Position numbers and translations under genes: made by a program. Positions 7,787-14,907 of a DNA stretch of 32,000 nt are shown one piece after another. The notes below the pieces were generated by a model. That model saw only the letters and a list, made by a program, of their open reading frames with translations, had not been told where the DNA came from and searched no databases. Each line of letters opens with the position of its first letter. The first letter of the stretch is position 1. This DNA comes from Candidatus Korarchaeum cryptofilum OPF8. GTDB taxonomy: Archaea; Korarchaeota; Korarchaeia; Korarchaeales; Korarchaeaceae. The stretch is from the NCBI RefSeq assembly GCF_000019605.1, contig NC_010482.1:300001-332000 (forward strand), written 5' to 3'.

Positions 7787-7846
7787 CCCACTTAGGTGGG
7801 ACATAGACCCATTTATTTAAAAGCTTTTCCATCCCACTTAAGTGGG
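7787..7846. promoter_or_regulatory. Divergent promoter with two near-identical dyad sites flanking a TATA-like box
   Basis: ATCCCACTTAGGTGGG (core 7787-7800) and ATCCCACTTAAGTGGG (core 7833-7846, a perfect 14-bp palindrome) flank ATTTATTTAAAAGCTTTT (7811-7828). Confidence 0.45.
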
Positions 7847-7847
7847 T

Positions 7848-8282
7848 ATGTCGGAGGAAGTTTACGACTTCGTGGTGATGGATTCGAAGAGCAGGGTCAC
7901 TATCCCCCTGAAGATAAGGAAGATACTGGGATTGAGGGAGGGCATGAAGCTCCTATTGATCGCTAATTCATCCAAGAAGGAGCTCCGAATAATACCTCTT
8001 CTAGAGCTCCAGGCCAAAGTGTATAGGCTGAGGATAGTTATGTCGGACAGGCCCGGAGTATTAGCTAGAGCTGCTAGCCTTTTGGCTGAGGAGAGAGTGG
8101 ATCTAATCATGACGGAATCCAGGACGATAAGGAGGGGCGAGACAGCTGAGTGGGTCATAGTAGCAGATCTATCGAACTGCCAGCTCGATGTATCAGCTCT
8201 AGTGGAGAGGATAAAGAGCCTCGAATTCGTTAAGAGCGTTGAGATAACGCAGATGGGATATAAGCCCGAGAGAGGAATGTAA
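7848..8282 (+). CDS. AbrB/SpoVT-type DNA-binding domain fused to an ACT domain (putative small-molecule-responsive regulator)
   Basis: The N-terminus SRVTIPLKIRKILGLREGMKLLL is a swapped-hairpin AbrB/MazE motif. The C-terminus LRIVMSDRPGVLARAASLLAEERVDLIM is an ACT beta-alpha-beta motif. ATG 7848 is preferred over GTG 7842. Confidence 0.7.
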   Translation: MSEEVYDFVVMDSKSRVTIPLKIRKILGLREGMKLLLIANSSKKELRIIPLLELQAKVYRLRIVMSDRPGVLARAASLLAEERVDLIMTESRTIRRGETAEWVIVADLSNCQLDVSALVERIKSLEFVKSVEITQMGYKPERGM

Positions 8283-8291
8283 GCCGCATCG

Positions 8292-8303
8292 TTTTTTAAG
8301 AAT
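8292..8303 (+). promoter_or_regulatory. TATA-like box for the five-gene operon (also an oligo-T tract after the regulator gene)
   Basis: TTTTTTAAGAAT is centred about 24 nt upstream of ATG 8321. Its T6 run begins 10 nt after stop 8280-8282. Confidence 0.4.
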
Positions 8304-8320
8304 CCCTGTAGGGAGACTGG

Positions 8321-9682
8321 ATGAGGAGATACGATGTCATAATCATCGGAGCCGGGATAACAGGCCTGATGATCTCTTATAAGCTCTCCCATTACAAATT
8401 GAGGATTCTAACGATAGATAAGAACCCCGAACCGGGATGGGGAGTCTCTAGAGCTCATGCAGCTATAGTACATGTGGTTCAACTCCCATTCAAATCCCTG
8501 AAGAGTAAGCTAGCTAGATTGGGCAATCCAGAGCTTATCAAGATATGCGAGGAACTTGGAGTCAGGTATAAGAGGACCAGCACGCTTATATTAGCTACTG
8601 AGCTCCATCAACTCCTCTCCCTCCCTTTCGTCTACCTCTACCTCAAGGTGAACTTGAGGGGCTTCGATGTGAAGCTGAGGGGGAGGGGCTACTTGATGAG
8701 GGAGGAACCGAACTTATCCAAGAGGGTCCTGGGAGCGATAGAAGTAAATGGTTACGCTGTAGTAGATAACTTCGACCTCCTATACGGCCTCTACGAATTC
8801 TCGAAGATGAATGGTGTCGATTTCTCGTTCAATGAGAGAGTATTGGGGATAGAGATGAGGGATCGGGAGGTGAGAGTCCTAACTGATAAGGGGGAATATG
8901 AGGCAAGCTATTTGATCAACGCAGCCGGCCTCTGGGCTGATGAGATAGCTAAAATGACTGGTGAGGACATTGAGTTCGAGCCGGGCAAGGGTATTCTCGT
9001 CATATTCGATAAGTCCGTCTCCAAGAGGCTATTGGCCCCCCTGTACCTAAAACCCGATCCTAAAACGAAGGGAGGGGCCATAATGTTCACTCACGACGGC
9101 AGGGGGCTCTGGGGTCCTAACTTGAGGATGGCGAGCGGGAAGGAAGACATCTCCGTGGATGGGCAGGATATCGAGATGATAATGGGGAAGTTCTCGAAAT
9201 TGATAGATGCGGATCCCGGGATCCCCCTGAAAGCCTACGCGGGCATAAGGCCCATCCCCCCTCAGAACGATTTCATCGTGAAGAGGTCTGGGGAGAGGAT
9301 GATCCACATATTGGGGACCGAGTCACCCGGCTTCACGGCATCACCAGCATTAGCTAATATCGTCATAGGTATGCTGGGCATCCGGCTGGAGGAGAAGGAA
9401 GTTAGGAAGAGGGAGAAGTTCAGGAGAGCTAGGGACGATCCGAAAAACTCTAAAGGGAGGGTAATCTGCCTCTGCAATCTCGTTACGGAGGAGGAGATAA
9501 GGGAGGCAGTGAGGAGAGGATCTAGGACGCTTCAAGGGGTCACCTTCAGGACAGGAGCATGCATGGGGACCTGTCAGGGATCTAGGTGCCTAGCTGATGT
9601 CCTGGAGGTCATGGCTAGTGAGATGGGCGTGGACGTTAGGGAGATACAGTTGAGGGGGGACGGGAGTTGGATCGTTTCCTGA
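8321..9682 (+). CDS. FAD-dependent dehydrogenase, GlpA-like (glycerol-3-phosphate dehydrogenase family) with a C-terminal BFD-like [2Fe-2S] domain
   Basis: YDVIIIGAGITGL is a dinucleotide-binding fold, in a DAO-type body. The C-terminal CLCNLVTEEEIREAV...TGACMGTCQGSRC is a BFD-like Cys pattern, as in anaerobic GlpA. Confidence 0.7.
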   Translation: MRRYDVIIIGAGITGLMISYKLSHYKLRILTIDKNPEPGWGVSRAHAAIVHVVQLPFKSLKSKLARLGNPELIKICEELGVRYKRTSTLILATELHQLLSLPFVYLYLKVNLRGFDVKLRGRGYLMREEPNLSKRVLGAIEVNGYAVVDNFDLLYGLYEFSKMNGVDFSFNERVLGIEMRDREVRVLTDKGEYEASYLINAAGLWADEIAKMTGEDIEFEPGKGILVIFDKSVSKRLLAPLYLKPDPKTKGGAIMFTHDGRGLWGPNLRMASGKEDISVDGQDIEMIMGKFSKLIDADPGIPLKAYAGIRPIPPQNDFIVKRSGERMIHILGTESPGFTASPALANIVIGMLGIRLEEKEVRKREKFRRARDDPKNSKGRVICLCNLVTEEEIREAVRRGSRTLQGVTFRTGACMGTCQGSRCLADVLEVMASEMGVDVREIQLRGDGSWIVS

Positions 9683-10608
9683 TAGTTGGAGCTGGTCTAT
9701 CAGGACTCTCCTTAGCTAAATTTTTGAATGGAGTCTTGATAGAGAAGGGGAGGGTAGGAGGGTTCTTCCTGAATGACGATTATCCCGTCGGAGGGGTGAG
9801 AGGGTCTAGGTTAGTAGAGGAATTTAGGGAAGCGAGCGTTGTGAGAGGGGCGGCCTTCGAAGCTAGTGAGGAAGGAGTTTACATACTATCCGAGGAAGGA
9901 TCGAAGTTCATCAAGGGCTTCGTGATAGGAGCTAATGGATTCAGGGAGAAGACCGCTGTAGAGCTGGGTATATTCGGATTCAGACCATCCGGAATATTCC
10001 CCCTCTACTCCGCTTGGGAGCTAGTCAACAGGGGATATGGGATAGGGGAGAGGGTCGTGATATACGGCCTGAATCACTACTCCCTCTCCCTCGCATCTAA
10101 GCTGAGGGCTAGCGTGACCTTCGTCAGGGGATCGGGTTCGCTGGTCCACAGTGAGGGTGAGGCCATGGATATGGGTTTCGATGTGGTAGGAGCTAAGGTA
10201 AAGTGGGTAGAGGGTAAGGCTAGGCTAGAGCGCTTGAGGACTGATGAGGGCGAGCTGAGGACTGATGCTCTCATATTAGCTGAGCTCTCCCCATGGAACC
10301 CTCTGAACCTCGAGTATAGGGTTGGAAACTCAGCTATGATATTCGAGGATCCTTCAAAGATAGTTGAAGGGGCGAAGATACTCTCAGAATCCCTCCTCTC
10401 CGGTGGGAAGTGGGTAGAAGTGATATCAGAGGCCCCCTGCTTCCCGAGGAAGGTCTCCTCGGAGGTGGGTAAGGTTATAGTCGGGGTCAGGGAGGGGACT
10501 AGGCTGAGGTTAGGGGATAGGGAAATAGTGGCTGAGGAGCCCTATCCAGTGGTAGAATTGCCTGTATGCGATAGAGTGCGTCTCGAGGTGATGGGATGTA
10601 TGGAGTGA
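9667..10608 (+). CDS. FAD-binding oxidoreductase partner subunit (reduced pyridine-nucleotide-disulfide-oxidoreductase-like)
   Basis: The start is TTG and the gene overlaps the upstream gene by 16 nt. The first Rossmann motif is intact (LIVGAGLSGL). The second is degenerate (VVIYGLNHYS). There is no redox-active CxxxxC. The C-terminal tail of about 80 aa has only three Cys. Confidence 0.5.
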   Translation: MDRFLIVGAGLSGLSLAKFLNGVLIEKGRVGGFFLNDDYPVGGVRGSRLVEEFREASVVRGAAFEASEEGVYILSEEGSKFIKGFVIGANGFREKTAVELGIFGFRPSGIFPLYSAWELVNRGYGIGERVVIYGLNHYSLSLASKLRASVTFVRGSGSLVHSEGEAMDMGFDVVGAKVKWVEGKARLERLRTDEGELRTDALILAELSPWNPLNLEYRVGNSAMIFEDPSKIVEGAKILSESLLSGGKWVEVISEAPCFPRKVSSEVGKVIVGVREGTRLRLGDREIVAEEPYPVVELPVCDRVRLEVMGCME

Positions 10609-12035
10609 TAGATATCGGTACCACCGGGATAAAGCTCTCAGTTTACGATGAGGAGCTCAGGAAGATCCATTATGAGAAGCACATTCTGGGCTTCGAGCAG
10701 TTGGAAAGCGGCTTCATAGAGCAGGATAGTAGGAGACTGGCTGAGGTAGTGAGAGGGCTTTCCAAGAAAGCTAGGGAACTAGGAGTAAAGAAACTGGGCA
10801 TATGCACTTACAGAGCATCTGTACTAGCTTGGAGGAAGGATGGAAGCCCCCTGACTAACGTGATAACTTGGATGGATGGAAGAGGAATTGAAGTCATATC
10901 TAAACTTTCAATGATAGCTAGGGCCTTGAAGAAGCTCAGCGGATCCCTCAATACGATACTGAGTCCGGATTCACCAGCGGTTCTGCTGAAATGGATATAT
11001 GAGAGGATGGGGATTGAGAAAGACGTAGAGGATGGCAAAGCTTTCGCATGGACCCTGGACTCCTTCCTAATTTACAATCTGTCTGGGAAGTTCCTATCAG
11101 ATTCTACTAACGCGACTCTCACTGGATTGATACATCCGAAGGACCTGTCCAAGATAGATATAGTCTTCGATCTCTTGAAGCTCCCTGGAGTAACTCCCGA
11201 TGTCGTTGAAAATGTCGCTGATCTCGGGAGATTTGAGGGCATGGATTTGGTCGTCTCGATAGCTGATCAACAATCAGCAGCCGTGGGCATAGGGGTCTTA
11301 GAGAGGGGGAAGGTCGAGAGCGTCCATGGGACCGGTAGTTTCATAGAGGCAGCGACATCCGAATTCACAATGCCCAAAGGGGGATTAATTCCACTCATAA
11401 TCCTGAACTTGGGAGGGAGGAGGGTCTACGGATTGGAGGGGTTCATAAGATCGACTGGATCCACTGTAGACTGGCTTAAGGAAGTGGGCCTCTTCTCGAG
11501 TTACGATGAGATGGAGGAACTAGCTAGGATGGGGAGGAGGAAAGCGATACTCGTACCCTCATTGGGGGGCCTAAGGGTCCCCAGGGCAGATAAATTGAGG
11601 GGCATCATAACCGGGCTCGATCTCTCGACGAGGAGAGCCGATATAGTTTCGGGAATCGCCTGGGGAATCTCAATCCACCTGGCGATCATAATAGAGAGGA
11701 TGAGGTCCCATTTGGGATCCCTGAGGGAGCCCCTACTCTCGGCAGGAGGATATTCTAGGTCAGATTCCTTCCTCCGGAGGCTCTCAGACCTAAGCGGGAT
11801 GAGGGTAGCGAGAGTGAAGGATACTGAAGCTAGCTCATTCGGTGTCGCGAAGTTACTGGCTTACTCCGATGGGAAATTGAGTTACGAAGATCTCCATGAG
11901 ACCCCCGAGGTGGATGCCTCTTTCGAGCCTGGGATGAGTGAGGATGAGAGGAATTTCCTAATTAAGGAATACTCGAAGCTTCTGGAGGTGATAACTAGTT
12001 GCGAGAGGAATCCTTTCATGAGGGGGAGTTTCTGA
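10596..12035 (+). CDS. FGGY-family carbohydrate kinase, glycerol-kinase-like
   Basis: VIDIGTTGIKLSVYD is the phosphate-1 motif. IADQQSAAVG and HGTGSF are glycerol-kinase-like. However, the NQRET substrate motif is TYRAS here. The gene overlaps the upstream gene by 13 nt. Confidence 0.7.
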   Translation: MYGVIDIGTTGIKLSVYDEELRKIHYEKHILGFEQLESGFIEQDSRRLAEVVRGLSKKARELGVKKLGICTYRASVLAWRKDGSPLTNVITWMDGRGIEVISKLSMIARALKKLSGSLNTILSPDSPAVLLKWIYERMGIEKDVEDGKAFAWTLDSFLIYNLSGKFLSDSTNATLTGLIHPKDLSKIDIVFDLLKLPGVTPDVVENVADLGRFEGMDLVVSIADQQSAAVGIGVLERGKVESVHGTGSFIEAATSEFTMPKGGLIPLIILNLGGRRVYGLEGFIRSTGSTVDWLKEVGLFSSYDEMEELARMGRRKAILVPSLGGLRVPRADKLRGIITGLDLSTRRADIVSGIAWGISIHLAIIIERMRSHLGSLREPLLSAGGYSRSDSFLRRLSDLSGMRVARVKDTEASSFGVAKLLAYSDGKLSYEDLHETPEVDASFEPGMSEDERNFLIKEYSKLLEVITSCERNPFMRGSF

Positions 12036-13393
12036 GGGAGTTAGAGGCTGCAGTGGGAGGGAGGTGCTCCTCATCCCCTGATACGCTGAGGATCTACAGC
12101 AGGGATTACTGGCCCCTGGCCCTCCTGAAGGAAGTCAAGGGGGAGGAGCTACCCCTGCCCATAGCTGTAGCTTGGCCTGAGAGCTTGGAGGAAGTCGTTA
12201 AATTAGTGAAGCTATGCAATGAGTACCGGGTCCCGTTCGTCCCATACGCCGGGGGGTCAGGAGTAATAGGAGCTACTATATGCGAGAGGTGCTTAGTGAT
12301 AGATGTTAAGAGGATGAATAAAGTGATCCATCTATCCGAAGAGGATTCCTACGTTCTAGTAGAATCGGGGATCATGTTGAGGAAGCTAGAGGAGTTCCTA
12401 AATGGCAGGGGATTCACCCTGAGGCACTTCCCCCAATCCTACCCAGAGGCAGCGATAGGGGGACTGATAGCAACAAAGAGCGTGGGTCAATACAGCACGA
12501 AGTACGGTGGTATAGAGGATCTCTTGATAGATCTGGAGGCCGTAGCTCCGGACGGAGGGGTCATACCCCTCAGGAGGAACATAGTCCCTAGGGCCTCAAC
12601 AGGGCCCGAGATAAAGTCCCTCCTCTTGGGAAGCGAGGGGCAGCTAGGGATAATAACTAAAGCTGCCTTGAAGGTATTCAAGATACCCCCATTCGATTAT
12701 AAGAATTCATTCGCTTTTAAGAGCTTCGAAGATGCTCTAATGGCTGTCAAGGAGATAGTCCAATCTGGCTTAACTCCGGCAGTCGCTAGAGTATACGATG
12801 AGGACGATTCATCAGTCAGGTTCGGGGATGGGAGGGATTTGCTCATCCTGATACTTGAGGAGTACTCTAAGCCCCTATTGGAGGCGAAGGTCAGCGAGAT
12901 CGGGAGGATTATCTCCAGATATGGGGGTAGGGAAGCAGGGGAAGATTACGTTGAGAAATGGCTCGAGAAGAGATTCGATGTTATAAGCGAGCTCAAGAAA
13001 TTAGTTGTTCCAATGGGTCTCTGGTTCGAGACGATAGAGACAGCTGCTACCTGGAGCAACTTAATTAAGATTCACTCTAAGTTCAAGGAGATAAAGAAGA
13101 TGAGGGGGGTTTACGCTGTCTTAGCCCATGCATCTCACTTCTACGAAGTCGGGGCATGTCTCTATTTCACATTGACATATGAAGCGGATGAGAAGGTTTA
13201 CTGGGATATCTGGAGGGAGGCTATGAGAGTAGTGCTCGAGAACGGAGGAACTATAAGCCATCACCATGGGATAGGGCTCCTCAGAAGGGAATGGATTTTC
13301 AGTGAGATAGGGCCTTCCCTAGATTACTTGAGGAGGATTAAGAGCGCTCTAGATCCTAGGAAACTCAGCAACCCTGGAAAGTTCCTCGGGTGA
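11999..13393 (+). CDS. FAD-linked oxidase of the alkyl-DHAP-synthase-like subgroup (GlcD/VAO superfamily)
   Basis: PYAGGSGVIG lies in the FAD-binding (PCMH-type) domain. The C-terminal HASHFYEVGACLYFT and GGTISHHHGIGLLRREW resemble alkyl-DHAP synthase rather than GlcD (EHGIG). The start is uncertain: either TTG 11999 (37-nt overlap with the kinase gene) or GTG 12053. Confidence 0.75.
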   Translation: MREESFHEGEFLRELEAAVGGRCSSSPDTLRIYSRDYWPLALLKEVKGEELPLPIAVAWPESLEEVVKLVKLCNEYRVPFVPYAGGSGVIGATICERCLVIDVKRMNKVIHLSEEDSYVLVESGIMLRKLEEFLNGRGFTLRHFPQSYPEAAIGGLIATKSVGQYSTKYGGIEDLLIDLEAVAPDGGVIPLRRNIVPRASTGPEIKSLLLGSEGQLGIITKAALKVFKIPPFDYKNSFAFKSFEDALMAVKEIVQSGLTPAVARVYDEDDSSVRFGDGRDLLILILEEYSKPLLEAKVSEIGRIISRYGGREAGEDYVEKWLEKRFDVISELKKLVVPMGLWFETIETAATWSNLIKIHSKFKEIKKMRGVYAVLAHASHFYEVGACLYFTLTYEADEKVYWDIWREAMRVVLENGGTISHHHGIGLLRREWIFSEIGPSLDYLRRIKSALDPRKLSNPGKFLG

Positions 13394-13397
13394 GATC

Positions 13398-14153
13398 TTG
13401 GCAATTGGAATGATTAGAGCGATAAAGTTGACGCCCTCGCTCCTCCTGAGATTCTTTAGGAGGAAGGAAGTGAGGGTCCCTTGTATTTACTGCCCCGGTA
13501 TATGCATAGCTTCCTGCCCCACTTTCCTAGAGAGCGGTAACATGATGCTCAGCCCCCTGGGCTACTCCAGGCATCCTGAGATCGGGAGGAGGGAATGCCT
13601 CAAGTGTTGGAGGTGCGTATCCGAATGCCCCCTCAACTACGAGCTGCCCGAGACGTTCTCGGATGGGATAGAGGTGGGACTGGAGTTAGTGAGGGAAGGG
13701 ACTCCGATGCTTCTATCCGTTGAAGGTCTCGATGAGGGATACGCTTCCAGGCTTGCGGAGGAGCTCGAAGCTGGTTTTTGCATAGCCAAAGGTCTCTTAA
13801 GGAGGTACGATGATGGATGCAGGATAGAGAATCTCTCGGAGATCAGGAGGAGGCTTAAGGGGATTAAGGTGCTCTCATTATCCCCTGAGGCATCTCATTC
13901 CCTCGGAATACCCTTCCTCTTGGAGGCAGCGCACGAGCTCCCGCTCAAGCTCGAATACGAGGGGCCCGTCCATATCCCCTGCCTGCTCTCGGATAGGAGT
14001 GAGAGTATAGTACATAACCTCGAGCTAATCGGGGCGAAAATAAATGGAGTGATCAAGGACTCCTGTCTGAAGCAGAGCATTCCAGATGCTCTAATCTTAT
14101 GCCCTAGGGCTCCCAAGAACATTTACGATCTGCTGGAAATCAGGACCCTATAG
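13398..14153 (+). CDS. Fe-S subunit, GlcF/GlpC/HdrD-like, with a degenerate CCG domain
   Basis: CIYCPGICIASCP and CLKCWRCVSECP are two ferredoxin-type cluster motifs. The C-terminal VHIPCLL...DSC...LCP resembles a single decayed CCG domain. The start is TTG 13398 or ATG 13410, 4-16 nt after the oxidase stop. Confidence 0.6.
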   Translation: MAIGMIRAIKLTPSLLLRFFRRKEVRVPCIYCPGICIASCPTFLESGNMMLSPLGYSRHPEIGRRECLKCWRCVSECPLNYELPETFSDGIEVGLELVREGTPMLLSVEGLDEGYASRLAEELEAGFCIAKGLLRRYDDGCRIENLSEIRRRLKGIKVLSLSPEASHSLGIPFLLEAAHELPLKLEYEGPVHIPCLLSDRSESIVHNLELIGAKINGVIKDSCLKQSIPDALILCPRAPKNIYDLLEIRTL

Positions 14154-14835
14154 GTGCCCTCTCCCCGTTTAGCTCCACCTCGCATCTTCCCTTAAGCGAG
14201 ATTATCGCTATCTCCCCCTTAGTGGGCTCTATGTTCCTCAAGTTCACCTTAATCCCCCCGCAGATGAGACTGGCATTCCCCCTCCAGGTCGCAGCGTAAA
14301 CATCATCGAATATCTTGTATATCCTGAAGCCGTTCTTCAGTAATACCCAGTCATCTATAACGCCTTTCGTGTATATGACTTGGGGAGGCTCCATCTTCAA
14401 TTCGAGGCACTCATCAGGCCTTATGCTCATATTAAGTATCTTTATCTCAGCTCCCCTGGGGAACTTGACGAGTAGGGCGACTGTCTGTATGAAAACAGTG
14501 TAATTCCTCTTGAATGCAGTCACGTTAGTGCTTAGTATTACCTTACCATCCCTCAATATCTGCAAGGGGAGGCTCATCTCCAGCTCATCGTCCGTAGGTA
14601 AGTATATCCTGTACCTGACTAAGGAGTAGCAGGATCCCTCGCAGGAGAGGAGTGCTGACTCGAGGTAGTGGTAAGTTGAGTTGACCATGCAGAGCCTGGA
14701 TGATACTTCATCGAGATCGGGCCATAGGATCTTGAGCTCCCTAACTGAGGCTTCCTCGCTCATCCTATACAGGTAGAAGGAGGAGAGGAGAGCCAGGATT
14801 ATTGTCGAGGCTAGTGCTATTGGCTTCCAATTCAT
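14140..14835 (-). CDS. Hypothetical N-terminally membrane-anchored protein with Cys pairs; no family recognised
   Basis: The signal-anchor is MNWKPIALASTIILALLSSFYLY. Codon usage matches the neighbouring genes. The 3' end overlaps the convergent Fe-S gene by 14 nt. Confidence 0.5.
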   Translation of the reverse strand: MNWKPIALASTIILALLSSFYLYRMSEEASVRELKILWPDLDEVSSRLCMVNSTYHYLESALLSCEGSCYSLVRYRIYLPTDDELEMSLPLQILRDGKVILSTNVTAFKRNYTVFIQTVALLVKFPRGAEIKILNMSIRPDECLELKMEPPQVIYTKGVIDDWVLLKNGFRIYKIFDDVYAATWRGNASLICGGIKVNLRNIEPTKGEIAIISLKGRCEVELNGERAPIGS

Positions 14836-14849
14836 CGCATCATCTCGAC

Positions 14850-14868
14850 TGTAAAAATATAAAAAGGA
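14850..14868. promoter_or_regulatory. TATA-like box in the divergent spacer (hypothetical gene / trpS)
   Basis: CTGTAAAAATATAAAAAGG lies in the 72-nt spacer 14836-14907. Confidence 0.35.
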
Positions 14869-14907
14869 ACCGGAAGGGTAGGTCGGAAGAGGTGGGGATC
14901 ATGCAAG

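Noticed and set aside
7776-7832. Longer start (ATG 7832) for the amino-acid binding protein
   Set aside because: It would translate the AT-rich TATA-like box and one dyad site, and leave only 9-15 nt to the divergent gene. The signal-anchor begins right after ATG 7775, which has a GGTGG upstream. The longer start is not excluded, so confidence in the shorter start is moderate.
7862-8392. 176-aa minus-strand ORF covering the whole AbrB-ACT gene
   Set aside because: It is Ser/Leu/Ile-rich and matches no recognisable domain. It is a mirror-frame shadow of a plus-strand gene that has clear AbrB and ACT motifs.
12022-12026. Second G5 run, at the kinase/oxidase junction, that might hide another frameshift. 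One extra G would give the oxidase an ATG start at 12018 but would also fuse it to the kinase.
   Set aside because: Unlike at 2940-2944, no conserved family sequence is stranded in the wrong frame here. Both proteins have plausible ends and starts as the sequence stands (TTG 11999 or GTG 12053). It is only worth a glance in the read data.
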